Positions 1-12,304 of a DNA stretch of 64,000 nucleotides are shown here, one piece after another. Position numbers and translations under genes: made by a program. Under the pieces are notes generated by a model. That model had not been told where the DNA came from and did not search any database. It saw nothing but the letters and a program-made list of their open reading frames with translations. Source of the DNA: Eutreptiella sp. 'Long Island Sound 2002'. Its lineage: Eukaryota > Protista > Euglenida. The stretch's first letter is position 1; every line of letters begins with the position of its first letter. The DNA is taken from positions 69,564,001-69,628,000 of the forward strand of contig OZ038379.1 in NCBI GenBank assembly GCA_964036045.1. Reading direction: 5' to 3'.

Positions 1-759
1 ATAACTAGCAGACGATTGCACATAAACAGGCAAGCACATACGCATATACAGTGGTGCCCAAATCGCTTCCCTGTTCACTGCATGCATGCACTATAAACTA
101 CATTCACGGAGCAATAACCAAACTGCCACCGTGAACAATGTAATGACAAAATGCCCTGGATTAGCTGAGTGGCCACAGCTCAGTGCTGATACCCATCGAA
201 GGCATCTGGGCTAAATGGAAGAGTACAACACCACCTAGCCTTTTGGCAAAATTAGGTAAATGTGTGTATGTTGGAGTGGCTCATGTTTGGGTGCCAAATA
301 TTATGAAGTAGAGTTCTGTGTACCCCTGTTTATGCATGCCAGACGGTGGTGGTGAAAAGAGACTCATTACTTCCCCATGGCTGCATATACACTTCCTAGA
401 AATTATTACAACCAACAACCACTGATCAAGGGAGGAGAGATGCGCAAAGGTCACCGCCACACGCTATGCCACTAGCAACAACAACAAAGTGCTCATACCA
501 CGCTTTGTTGTGTACATGCACTGGCAAGCATATGCATGCAATCCTGCAAACCTGCAAACCGCGATGAACGATGAACACGTACGCAACACAAAAATACACC
601 CACAAGCATTCGCAGCACTATTCCAACTATTCCAACAGCTATTTGACATGACATTTGTTATCATTGCTTGGCGCTCTAGGTTCTGTCCTGCGCAACACAC
701 TAGGAGGCTGAACAAAAACTACAGCACACCACACAACACCACACCAGCAGTGTGGCAGC

Positions 760-3727
760 ACGCTGAAGAAGCCCCACTGCCCATTGCTCCCAAGCAGTGT
801 GACAAGCAGTGAGGCGGTGCACAGCAGGAGTTCCACTGCCCACTGCCCACCCTGGGCAGTGAGGCAGTGAAGGGAAGGAAAAAATACACTGCCCACTGCC
901 CCTAGGCAGTGCAGCAATGTACCGCAAAAGTTCCACTGCCCACTGCCCCCAGGCCATATATCGCACGAAGTCGCCCCCCCCTACCTTGGAGGTAGGGGGG
1001 GGGTAGGGGGGGGGTTGGGGGGGGGGTAGGGGGGGAGGTAGGGGGGGGTCGAGAAGGTAGGGGGGGGTATGGGGGGGGAAGGCGGTGCACACACAAGGCG
1101 GAACACACAAAAGGCGGCCTGTGGCCACCGCAGGAGTGTTGTTATTTAAGGGGCCACAGGCAAGGCGGTGCACACAGAAGGCGGTGCACACACAAGGCGG
1201 AACACACAAAAGGCGGTCTGTGGCCACCGCAGGAGTCTTGTTATTTAAGGGGCCACAGGCAAGGCGGTACACACAGAAGGCGGTGCACACACAAGGCGGA
1301 ACACACAAAAGGCGGAACACACAAAAGGCGGTCTGTAGCCACCGCAGGAGTCTTGTTATTTAAGGGGCCACAGGAAAGGCGGTACACACACAAGGCGGTA
1401 CACACACAAGGCGAAACACACAAAAGGCGGTCTGTAGCCACCGCAGGAGTATTGTTATTTAAGGGGCCACAGGCAAGGCGGTACACACAGAAGGCGGTGC
1501 ACACACAAGGCGGAACACACAAAAGGCGGCCTGTGGCCACCGCAGGAGTCTTGTTATTTAAGGGGCCACAGGCAAGGCGGTACACACAAAAAGGCGGTGC
1601 ACACACAAGGCGGTCTGTGGCCACCGCAGGAGTCATGTTATTTAAGGGGGGTGCGGGGGCTGGCCCCCGCGTCGAGCGAAGCGAGCCGTCTGTCGAGCGA
1701 AGCGAGCCGAAGGTAGGGGGGGGGGGTAGGGGGGGGGAGGTAGGGGGGGGAGGTAGGGGGGGGAGGTAGGGGGGGGGGTAGGGGGGGGTAGGGGGGGGGG
1801 TAGGTAGGGGGGGGTAGGTAGGGGGGGGTAGGTAGGGGGGGGAGGTAGGGGGGGGCGACTTCGTGCATACTATCCCCAGGCAGTGTGCCACACGAGTTCC
1901 ACTACCCACTGCCCCGAGGCAGTGCGGCAGTGTACAGCGAGAGTTCCACTACGCACTGCCCCGAGGAAGTGCGGCAATGTATTACACAAGTTACACTGCC
2001 CATTGCCCACAAGCAGTGAGGCGGTGCACAGGAGGAGTTCCACTGCCCACCAACCGCATGCAATGAGGCAATGAAGGGAAGGAAATCCACTACCCACTGC
2101 CCCTGGCTATTGCGGCAGTGTACCAGAGGAGTTCCAATGCCCACTGCCCCCATCCCATGCAGTGTACCACACGAGTTGCATTGCGCACTGCCCCTAGGCA
2201 GTGCAGCAGTGTGCCGCAGGAGTTCCACTGCCCACTGCCCACTGTGCAGAACCTACTGCAGGAGTTCCATTGCCCACTGCCCCAAGGCAATGCGGCACTA
2301 AACCACAGGAGTTCCACGACCCCTACGCAGTGCTGCAGTGTACAACCGGAGTTCTATTGCCCTGCCCACTGTCCCCAGAAAGTGTGCCACAAGAGTTCCA
2401 CTACCCATTGCCCCTAGGCAGTGCGGTACCATAAGAATTCCACTGCCCACTACCTCAAGGCAATGCGGCACTAAATTGCAGGATTTCCACTGCGCACTGC
2501 CCCTAGGCAGTGCGGCAGTGTACAGCAGGAGTTCCACTGCGCACTGTCCCGAGGCGGTGCGGCAATGTATTGCACAAGTTACACTGCCCACTGCCCACAA
2601 GCAGTGAGGCGGTGCACAGGAGGAGTTCCACTACCCACTAACCGCATGCAGTGAGGCAATGAAGGGAAGGAAATCCACTACCCACTGCCCCTGGCCAGTG
2701 CGGCAGTGTACCGGAGGAGTTCCCATGCCCACTGCCCCCATGCAGTGTACCACACAAGTTGCATTGCGCACCACACCTAGGCAGTGTGGCAATGTGCCAC
2801 GAGTTCCACTGCCCACTGCCCCCGAGAAGTGTGCCGCAGGAGTTCCACTACCCACTACCCCTAGGCAATGCAGCAGTGCACCAGAGGAGTTCCACCGCCC
2901 ATTGCCCCTAGGCACCGCGGTAGGCTGCCGCAGGAGTTCCACTGCCCATTGTGCAGAACCTACTACAAGAGTTCCATTGCCCACTGCCCCGAGGCAATGC
3001 GGCACTAAACCGCAGGAGTTCCACGACCCAATGCCCTTGGGCACTGCTGCAGTGTACAACCGGAGTTCTATTGCCCACTACCCCCAGGCAGTGTGCCACA
3101 AGAGTTCCACTACCCACTGCCCCTAGGCAGTGCGGCAGTGTGCCACAGGAATTCCACTGCCCACTGCCCTGAGGCAGTGCGGCAATGTATTGCACAAGTT
3201 CCACTGCACACTAACCCCGTGCAGTGAGGTAATGAAGGGAAGGAAACCCGATACCCACTGCCCCTAGCGAGTGCGGCAGTGTACTGGAGGAGTTCCAATG
3301 CCCACTGCCCCCATGTAGTGTACCACACGAGTTGCATTGCGCACTGCCCCCGGGGCAGTGCGGCAATGTGCCGCAAGAGTTCCAATGCCCACTGCCCGCA
3401 AGAAGTGTGCCACAGGAGTTCCACTTCCCACCTGCCCTAGGCACTGCGGCAGTTTGCCGCAAGAGTTCCACCGCCCAGTGCCTAGGCAGTGCGGCAGTGT
3501 GCCGCGAGAGTTCCACTGCCCACTGCCCCTAGGCAGTGCTGCAGTGTAGAAACAGGAGTTCCACTGCCCACTACCCCCAGACAGTGCGGCAATGTACCGA
3601 AGGAGTTCCACTACCCACTGCCCCCAGGCAGTGCTGCAGTGACAGCAGGAGTTCTACTACCCACCGCCCTTACGCACTGCGGCACTAAACCGCACAACTT
3701 CCACTGCCCACTGCCCCTAGGCAGTGG
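760..3727. repeat. Palindromic ~45-bp satellite (core CACTGCCCACTGCCCCTAGGCAGTGCGGCAGTG) with ~590-bp higher-order periodicity; interrupted by a MITE at 955-1873
   Basis: Dozens of diverged AGGAGTTCCACTGCCCACTGCCCCTAGGCAGTG units. The block ending ...AATGAAGGGAAGGAAA recurs near 860, 2070, 2660 and 3230. The many short ORFs here are repeat artefacts. Confidence 0.92.
955..1873. mobile_element. Non-autonomous TIR element (MITE), hAT-like by TSD size
   Basis: GCACGAAGTCGCCCCCCC (963-980) is the reverse complement of GGGGGGGCGACTTCGTGC ending at 1866. CCCCAGGC flanks both sides (947-954 and 1874-1881), an 8-bp TSD that restores the satellite unit. Interior: ~99-bp tandem repeats at 1080-1645 and (G7-9TA)n tracts near both ends. 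Confidence 0.8.
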
Positions 3728-5400
3728 GGCATTTGGTGAAACCTAGTATGCACGTAGCAAAACCTAGTAAAGTGTAGCAAAACCTAGTAAAAAAAATCTT
3801 TAAAAATTTTTTTACTAGGTAAAAAAAGCAAAAATTTAAAAAAATTTCCTTACTAGGTTACTAGGCAGTGACAAATTTGGACTTGAATTTGAACAAAAAA
3901 CACCAAGTTTATGGGGGGGGGGGGGGGGGACGGTAGGTGGTATTTGTGTTTAAGGGCATGGTGCCCCCTAGTCCATTCCAGGCCACTTGTGTAAGTGGCG
4001 CCCCACCCGGGCCAAACCGTGTATTGCAAGGTCAGCAGAAACAAAATGAGGCTCAAGAAAAGAAGGAGCTTTTATCTCATAAATATATATACATATGTAC
4101 ATATATGAGGTGCACACACGTGTGCTTTATATGACGTCGCAAAACACGCGCTTGTAGATGAGGTCCGCCTTCTTATCTTTGTATGTGGGTTGCGCAGAGG
4201 GAGGGTTGTGCTTGCACATGTTGCGAAGCACGCCCGTGGTCTTTGTATCCAACTCTTTGATTAGATTTTTGTCATACTCCAATTTCCCAGAGGCATCTTT
4301 GGGGTAATGCTTTGGAACAAAAAATTCTTGACCACGGATCACCACCTTTGGACGGACCTCATCTAGAGAAGGCGGCTTGTCAACCACAAGCCGGTCACCC
4401 AAGGCGAATGCCAACACAATGCATGCCACTGTGGCAGTAAATTGCACTCTCCAATTGCGCAACGCCACACATATCTCCAAGGGACACAAACCGGAAGCAT
4501 GCAGGGCACACTGATAAACACCACATTCAGCGCACGTGATGTGGGCTGTGTCGTCGCAAAAAAAGCACGACGAACGGCTGGCTGAACAATAGGGCCTAGC
4601 ATACATCCGTGCCAAGGCCCAACTGGGTGTGGTCTCAATGGGGGGGGGGGGGGCATGCGGAGAAGTGCGATAGTGCAAAGCTGCCTATGCCATCTCACGC
4701 AACAACCACAATCTGTCTTGTGGAAGTTGGATGCTACCGTTGACAACACGCCTAGACAAAAGGCAATGTAGCATCAGAAGGTAGGCAGGATGGCAGCTCA
4801 CACCGTCTTCCTAGTGTACACATGGGCCAAGGTGCACCCAAGGACCTGCTAGTCACATTTGTCATTTCTGTTGATCAGTACCACAACAACCCCATTGTCA
4901 CAATAATCGTCGGAAACAAGAGGTTCAAGAAGGTGGTGCACTACAGTCAGATTGGGGGGCTCCCCACTTGGAAGAATTGGTGGCTCTTATAGCCCGTTTC
5001 AAACCACCCCCGAAAAGACAACCTAACAATTTCAACGGATGGATACCATTGGGCTGGTGTGGAAACCTTTTGACGTCACCCCCATATTTTCATGACCCTG
5101 CATATGGTAGTTTGTACAATTTGCACTTTTAATGCCTATCACTGTGATTACATGCACCCGGACATTTTTTGGCTGGTGTTGGTGAAGGGCACTGCCACAA
5201 AAATCCCATAGTCACAATAATTATTGGAATTTACCCCCTCTCATTTTACGGCGCCAACGCCATAAATGTGTACCCACTACAGACCGACCCCCCTTGCCCA
5301 TTGGGGGTATTCACTGGTGTGTACCGTTGGGCTTGTGTGGAAAGGTTTTGAGTTCACCCCCATATCAGCATGATGCAACAAGTGGACTTTGCAAGTTCCT
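3728..5400 (-). mobile_element. Decayed MULE-like element remnant (SWIM-like, Zn finger, SAP-like) with ACCTAGTA subterminal repeats at 3741-3866
   Basis: Minus-strand DCGCCVRWHRQLC (SWIM-like, ~4680-4720) precedes ORF 4127-4678. Domain order parallels the 12.7-14.9 kb remnant. The upstream transposase core is too decayed to confirm. Confidence 0.45.
4127..4678 (-). pseudogene. Cys/His zinc finger (CFFC..CAEC..CALH..C) plus C-terminal SAP-like domain
   Basis: TTGVLRNMCKHN..KKADLIYKRVF resembles the SAP helix-loop-helix and matches LVAELRAAFRFN..TKTDFIYKRAF at 12689-13006. Confidence 0.5.
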
Positions 5401-5704
5401 GCCAATGTGTCCATCTGTGCCCTTCTCCATCAAACAGGGATCCAAGGGGGGTGTAGTCTCTAGGGGTTCGAATCTCCGTGCTACTTGACTGCTTCCCCTC
5501 CAATACCCCTTCCAATTTACAGTGCTAGCGCCGTAAACGCTTGCATTAGAAGTTTGCCAAACTGCCTACCATCCCCCCTTTGGCAATCCCTTCACTTAAT
5601 GGAAACCTCCGTGGTGTTTACGGCACTTTTCGCACATGCACGTCCCACGTTTACGGCGCTACATGTGCACACAATTCATCCCAAGCAATGCACCCCAAGC
5701 AGCG

Positions 5705-5960
5705 GGCACCCCAAGCAGCAGGCAGTACGGCATTGTATCGCAGGAGTTCCATTGCCCACTGCCCCTAGGCAGTGCAGCAGTGTGCCGCAAGAGTTCCAGT
5801 ATCCACTACCCCAAGGCAGCCACTGCACCAAGGCAATGCGGCAGTGCACAGTGGGAGTTCCACTGCCCACTGCCCCTAGGCAGTGCAACAGTGTACCGAG
5901 TTCCACTACCCACTGTGGTAGAAAACAGAAGGATCCCCACTGGCCACTACCCGTTGCAGG
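5705..5960. repeat. Second short block of the CACTGCCC/GGCAGTG satellite
   Basis: Same AGGAGTTCCACTGCCCACTGCCCCTAGGCAGTG units as 760-3727. Confidence 0.85.
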
Positions 5961-7097
5961 GTGGCAGTGTACTGAAGGTTCTGAGCAACCCAAGAGCTGG
6001 CCTTGACACTGCCCGACCAGGACCCGGAGGTACATAGGCCTGGCCCCGGTGAGAACTTCAGTTGCACCAGCAGGCAGAGCCTGGGGCGAACCCAGGGCAG
6101 CCCTGGGCAGCAGCCGTGCGGCACCAGAGATAGTGGCTGCCCTCTAGAGAGAGTGGCTGCCCTCTGCAACAGGTGCGCAACACACTACACACAGCGCACA
6201 CTTAGACACACAACCCTTCCCACTTGCAGTTTCCCGTGTGGAAGACCATCCCGTCCATTGCCTTTTGGCAACAGCGCCTTCGGCACCCCACCCCACACCA
6301 CACCACACCACACCACGTGAGACTGCACCTTAGCCCACTAAACCAATGAGACTGCACCTGAGCCAACTACACCAGACAGCACCATCCCATACCATCCCAT
6401 TGTACCGTACCATACCATGACATATCACGCAACAACATATCTTACCATGCAGTAGCATGTGATGCTACATCAAAACACACCATACCACAAATACCTTCTA
6501 ACAACCCAACATGCCACTTGCTGCCATTCTATGTCAGCTTGGACATGAACACGCTGACAAATAGGGCATACACCAACAATACAGATACCTTAGGTGCTGC
6601 AGCCTTCTCACATGCGCAGAAGCACATTCACACACACACACACACACACACACATCCCTGTTCCAAGACAGACACAGCCAGCTATAGATGCAGACAGCAC
6701 ACTTCCCGTCTCAGACAGCGTACTGCATTGCAAGACCGCACACACATGCCATGCCAGTGGTCAGAAGCTTGTTTGCACACACAGGTACAGGAACTTGCGT
6801 GCTCACTTTGAGCATTATTCCTACGTGCCCCATCTCCATCCAGAGCGGTCTCCTCTCGAAAATCCCCCCTCCAAAAAACAATGAAAACTAAGAGACTTTG
6901 CCAATCCCAAACCTCAAGAAAGCGTCAGTCAACAGCAAATGCTTTTGGTTACCAACCACCTGCTGTCAACCGTAATGAATTAACCATCAAGCAACCATCC
7001 AACTGCTGCGGCACGGCAACCGCCATCAGTCAACTGCCAACCAAGGAGGTATTCAACAGGCACTATTTAACAAGGAGAAAACAACGCCCTTATGCCA

Positions 7098-8261
7098 TTA
7101 ATCACCTCGATGTGAATCTGAACACGGTGAGTCGCCATGTTTTGTAACAGACCCACAAGAATGGGATCCTGCATCATCTGTGTTCCGCTCAGAACAAATC
7201 CCATTGGATTCCGAAATAGAGCCTGGGGGAGAGCTAGAGAGACTAGAGACCACGGAGATGCGACTGCATGTGGACCGGTTGGTGGCCTCTATTTCGCCTT
7301 CGTATGGCTGCCCACGGTATGCAATGACCCCACTCCCTGGCGGAGGATCATCGTCTGCTGGGGACAGATTGGCAGGTGGTCCGGGTTCGGGTTCGGGTTC
7401 GGGTTCGGGTTCGGGTTCGGGTTCGGGTGGTGGGTCTGGTGGCTTAGGAGCGGTTTTGGCCTTCGAGTCTGAATGTGTCCATGCATTCCATGCATTACGA
7501 ATGGGCCACCCAAATCTTGCCATCCAGCTGCTTGGCCCACTGGGACTGGGATTGGCAGACGCCAGTTGAGAAACGTGGAAGCTGGGTGGCGTGTTTTTCT
7601 TTTCTGAATCACTGCTATCACTTGCGGCAGGCTTGGCTGCAGCTCCTGCAGTGGCAGCTGATAACATTTTCACGGTACTAATTTCTGGTGGCGGGGGCTC
7701 ATCCCGACGCAATGCAAGCGGAGGAATCTTCGGCTGCTCTTGTGGAGCAGCAGCCCCTTCAGACGATGCTGCAAGCGTGCTCGTAGATGCATCCTCTGCA
7801 TGAGCCATTGCAGGTTGCTTTGTGGGGCTCGTTTCCACCACGGCGGTTTTCACTGGGGATGCAGAACGGACAAAGCATCTGGAGTGTCCCTCTGTGTCAG
7901 AGGGAGAGGCCCAGCCAGGGGTACCAGAGCCAGGGGAGAGGGCACCAGTACTGCTGGTCCTCTTCCACCCATAGCTGAATGATCCGGAATTCGTCGAGGA
8001 CTTGGATCTGAACTGCATCTTGCCAGGTCGCGAATCCACAGGGCTCCTACACATTTTCTGTCGACACTCTGCCTTGTTCTTCATCTTGATGTTGGTTGGT
8101 GCACAGTAGGATTTCCTGGCGTCATACAGATTTGCCTGAACAGATACCAAACAGATGGAGAAATGGTATAGCAGATCTGGACTCCAATCTTTCAAGGTTG
8201 TGCTCTTCAAAGCCAGGCCAATAATGCACTGGATATGCGAAATTACCCTCAACAAAACCAA
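7098..8261 (-). CDS. Long Ser/Pro/Ala-rich ORF with an (EP)n tract; possible exon of a host gene, function unknown
   Basis: 387 codons open in otherwise decayed sequence. (GGTTCG)n at 7382-7427 encodes EPEPEP. No recognisable domain and splice sites not resolved. Confidence 0.4.
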   Translation of the reverse strand: MVLLRVISHIQCIIGLALKSTTLKDWSPDLLYHFSICLVSVQANLYDARKSYCAPTNIKMKNKAECRQKMCRSPVDSRPGKMQFRSKSSTNSGSFSYGWKRTSSTGALSPGSGTPGWASPSDTEGHSRCFVRSASPVKTAVVETSPTKQPAMAHAEDASTSTLAASSEGAAAPQEQPKIPPLALRRDEPPPPEISTVKMLSAATAGAAAKPAASDSSDSEKKNTPPSFHVSQLASANPSPSGPSSWMARFGWPIRNAWNAWTHSDSKAKTAPKPPDPPPEPEPEPEPEPEPEPGPPANLSPADDDPPPGSGVIAYRGQPYEGEIEATNRSTCSRISVVSSLSSSPPGSISESNGICSERNTDDAGSHSCGSVTKHGDSPCSDSHRGD

Positions 8262-8391
8262 CTGCTACAGCCCTATTGACTCTGCCAGCCGAATGTTGTA
8301 GTTTTTTGTTTTTCGTTGAACAACACGCTGTCCCAAAATGACTTGCACTACAAGCATCGCATTTCTAAAATCATGCAAATCATACTTCAGA

Positions 8392-8449
8392 GAAACACCC
8401 ACACACACACAGAGAGAGAGAGACACGCACACACGCACACACACACACG

Positions 8450-8482
<33 letters not shown>
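8392..8482. repeat. Compound (CA)n/(GA)n microsatellite
   Basis: Direct reading. Similar tracts occur at 6626-6652 (CA) and 20397-20428 (TC). Confidence 0.95.
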
Positions 8483-8599
8483 CTACAGACAGGCAAATGG
8501 AGAGGGGTGTACAGCACGACACAAGCAACCAGCAAGGGCACCTGACTCTTTGGTGCGATTCCAAAATCCAACGCTTCAACCTCAATCTGCAGCTTACCT

Positions 8600-10600
8600 G
8601 AAAGGCAGTCATCCCATTTGTAGAATTTCACGCGAAGCAATACACGTGCAATTGAATGTAGTGACAACCTTCACACACCCGAGCAGCCCAAAAACGGGGC
8701 TCACCAAGGATCACCAAGACACAAAAGTCAATCCTCAAGTGCCTTTACAAGGGACCATTATCTGGACAGACTGTGGCCCCCTTATGGTCCACCACCGCAT
8801 CACCAGAGGTGGTGGACCATAAGGCTCCACCACCCCTGTCCACATTAACAGTCTTCAAAAGCAGGAGCGTGCCACGGGAATTTGTGGATATTGTTTCGTG
8901 TTCCATGACCCCAAATTTTCTGTGACTGCCACTGAGGGCACAACTTTCCAGAGTGAACTCCAATGAAAATACTGCAACGCAGATGCGTGTCTCTCTTAAT
9001 TCTGCAGGTGCAGAAAGGGTTTCTAATGGTTGAGACAACACCAAGCAATGTCCTGCAGCCATGACTGGGGCCGCAAATATTGCTCCTTGCACCAAATGGC
9101 AGTGCCCCAAACCACCTTTTGACACACCAGAGTGGACAGCTACTTTACAAATGTGGCAAGCAGCCCTGCCTGGCATCCAACCCAATGCGACTGACCTCTG
9201 GTGCTACGGCTGGATGGTGTTGTAGATACTATGTGCACCACATCCAGAAAATGCCAAGGGAATACCTGGGGTTCCCACGGCGCCTGTCAGATAATGAGCG
9301 ATGCGATCAGGTGGGCTCTATCAGCCCTGGACCCCCATCCCCCCCCGAAACAAACATACCGCACATGGGTGAGCTGTTCGGAGGGGAACGTTGATCAAAC
9401 AACTTGAGCACTTTGTTGACAGCCATGCGCTGACGCAAGTGGCCTAAATCCCAGTCCATTGAGCCCAGCAACTGATCTCGGGACTCACACTTCTCCAGCA
9501 CCTGAGGCAAAGCGACATAAAAAAGCAATGCTTTCTTCAGCACCCAGTATTTCCCTTGTGCAAGAGAAACAGGGATGATGATTTCATGCAGCGCATGCAG
9601 CGCAGATGACCAGATGGCCCACTGCTGGGCATACCCTGTATGCACTATGCAATGCACCAAAACGCACTGCACTCAAACACCTCAATTGTGCTGTCACATT
9701 TTCGGGTTGGCCCCACGTTCCCATTGGCCAAAAACCAAATCCAAAGAATCACAAAGAAAGGGATTGATAATGCTGGCGGAAAATGCAGATTTCCCCAGGA
9801 AAATCCCCAATACCACACAGGGCAGGTCTTAACACACATCAAAAAATATCTGGTTGGTTGACGCCTTACACGAATGTGCACACTGCTGTGGAGAAGGCAA
9901 CCCAACACTGCACACAGCAAAGTTTCAGATCATCTAGTACTACATCTGATGTTTGTCATGGGTAATGAGAAGCCGGATCTGAATCTGTACCCAAATCTTT
10001 ACTGCAGTGTTGGGCATTATGTATCACACCGTGCTGCTCCAACTTGATTTTCGAAGGCTGCCCAGTAGTTGTTTGTGGCCTGTGGCTTGCTTCAACATTC
10101 CCTTGGTGGCAGAATTTGAATGGAAAATGCCTCCGATGAACAAGGAATTACAGATGAACAATTGCAAGGTGAATTCCTGTGTGTTTGCAGAGATACCAAG
10201 GCAAGTTTACTCCCAATACTAAAACAGAATGCAAAAGGACATAGCCCCAGCATTGTTCCAATGGCAAGCTGCAAGAGTCACTACCACACAACACCATTGT
10301 GTGTCCAATCCCAATGGTGCAACGGTATCCAACAAGCAGATGGCAGGTGACCGCACACCTCGATGGACATGATGGTGTGCGCTGGAGATCCATCACGCCG
10401 TAGCGCAACAGGCATTACAAACGCTTCGTTCCACTGGGGATCAAACGTGTCCTAGAGAGCGCACAAGAAGCAACATCACAGCAAACAATGTGGCCAAGCT
10501 CATGTGCCAGTGACTACAACAGCTGTCCTCTCGCATCAATTCAGGAACTTGACCCATGTGCGTATGTACATGTGCCTGCCATAGTGGTAAAACCACACCA
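8600..10600 (-). pseudogene. Decayed paralogue of the NTPase-like gene in element C (42280-44900)
   Basis: Weakly matching segments: HTIMSIEVCGHLPS vs DTILMDGDGDLPS; GHKQLLGSLRKSSW vs HEAAYMGVRKVGL; SALHALH..VLKKAL vs KALHTMH..MVKRAL. Many stops and frameshifts. Confidence 0.4.
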
Positions 10601-11189
10601 AGGAGGGCACTAGCCTTTTGTTCTCAGGGGTAGCACGGTTGTACCCTCATGGTCCTAGGGTCAGTGCCAGTCCCCCCCACCCAGGGCAAGCCCCTCGGAG
10701 CGCGGGCAGGTGGGCAAACCATATCGAAAAGGGCACTAGGCTCTTGATGTCCAAGACGCCGGTGTGCCTAGGGGTTAGTTGCAGAGCCAAGGAGGGGTTC
10801 TAGGACGGTGCAAACGTCTGGCACACACACCTACCCTCCTGCACACTTTGACGACCGAGTGGTGTGCCGAAAAACCGAGCAAAAAACGTACCTTTTTCGG
10901 GACCGTAAAAAGATTGACACGCCCTGTTAAAAAATAAGTCCCAGCACCAACCGTTTTGCATAAAATCAAGGAAAATTCGCCGGGGAACAAAAAATTTAAA
11001 TTTCGAAAACAGATGCATAGAACCCAAAAAATGCAATCAAAATGGGGGAAATGGGGAAAAGAGTACCGCACCGTGTGGGTAACTGCAGTGCCGTGCCCTG
11101 CAGCCAATTCCCCTCCACAAAAAGGGGGGAAACCGAAAAGTCTCAAAAGTGTGTACCGCCTAAGGGGAACCGAGAGTGTCGTTGCGAAA

Positions 11190-11700
11190 TTTGGCAACGA
11201 CACACAGGAATTGACGAAGTACATAAATGGGATATCATTGCAATGTTTGTTGACGGCCACCTTTGCGAGATCTCGCTAACACATAGTATGTGTGTTTGCG
11301 AGATCTTGCAAAGACGCACTGTGTTTTTGCGAGATCCCACAAAGACACGAAGCCTGCCTCTGCAAGATCTCGCAAACACAACACACATTGCACATTGCTG
11401 CATTGCGTGTTTGCGAGATCTCGGAAAAGCACGCTTCGTGTCTTTGCGGGATCTCGCAAAGGTAGCATTGTTGTCCTTCCGAATCTAGCACTAGCAGGAG
11501 ACCTGCCGTTGCAAATTCACAATGGCAGCAAATCGGGTACTCTTAACATGTCCCCTTCATGTGTACACACCCACCAAGTCGCATTGCTTGTCCTCAGGTT
11601 TGCAATGTGTGAGGATACCCCTCACTTGGATTACCGCCATACAATAGCTAATTGCAACCTAACTACCATGGTCACAAATAAAGTATTCAACTTTAATGTC
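11190..11700 (+). repeat. Dispersed repeat, an inverted paralogue of 48760-49210, containing an array of the 18-bp palindrome TTTGCGAGATCTCGCAAA
   Basis: Clear nucleotide and protein similarity (RFAMCEDTPHLDYRHTIANCNL vs RFAMCEGVPHLDHYDTIAKCNL). Six palindrome copies lie at 11262-11461. Confidence 0.8.
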
Positions 11701-11989
11701 CTAGACTACTTCCCTTGCCTACCACCTCATTTGCTTAGAATAGACACCGTTCACCGCCAATCTGAGGACTTTGACCGCTGACTATCATGCTAACAAGCAC
11801 GCTTTTTTGCATGAAGGCAACGACTCCAACAGCAATGGTTGTCAGAACCCCTACAAAAAGCATTTGCGTTTGAGGTGCATTTAAAAAAAAGAACGCAGCG
11901 TGCTTGTCGGCGTGATAGTCAGCAGCAGATGCCCTCATGCTGGCGGTGGACGGTGTCTATTTGAGACAGAAAGAAGGGAGGTGCCAAGG

Positions 11990-12175
11990 AAGTGAAAAAT
12001 GTAAGTCGTGTACAAAAAAATCGTCTAGCCATGCAATTTTTTTTGCGGTAAATGCGTGTAATTTTTTTTGCACTAAGTCGTGTGAATTACAAAAAAAAAT
12101 TGATTTTTTTTTGCGGTAAGGGCGTGTAAATTTTTTTTGGCGGCCAGTCGCGTAAATTATAAAAACAATTGAAAA
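11990..12175 (+). repeat. TTTTTGCGGTAA / GTCGTGTAA short-motif cluster (subterminal-type), also at 46090-46290
   Basis: Several copies of both motifs in each of two clusters, in the same orientation. Confidence 0.7.
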
Positions 12176-12304
12176 ATTGAAAGAAATGCAACCTTTGCAA
12201 TACATGCCCAACATTTACAGCTGCACGGCACCCCATAGCGACCTTAACGATCGGACGCCGAGTCCACAAAGCACTCAGTACTCTGCGTGGCCACCAATTA
12301 GTTG

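Noticed and set aside
760-3746. Protein-coding genes in the many Cys/Pro-rich ORFs of the satellite and MITE
   Set aside because: Overlapping ORFs in all frames simply translate the tandem repeat.
3741-3756. CCTAGTATGCACG as a copy of the MITE TIR
   Set aside because: It is part of a local GTAGCAAAACCTAGTA tandem repeat, and the match does not extend into the GAAGTCGCC core.
5446-5485. tRNA-like sequence (GGGGGTGTAG..GGGTTCGAATC)
   Set aside because: Too short. It has no D-arm or anticodon arm, so no cloverleaf can form.
11262-11461. CRISPR array
   Set aside because: Eukaryotic context, no cas genes, and spacers of uneven length that are related to one another.
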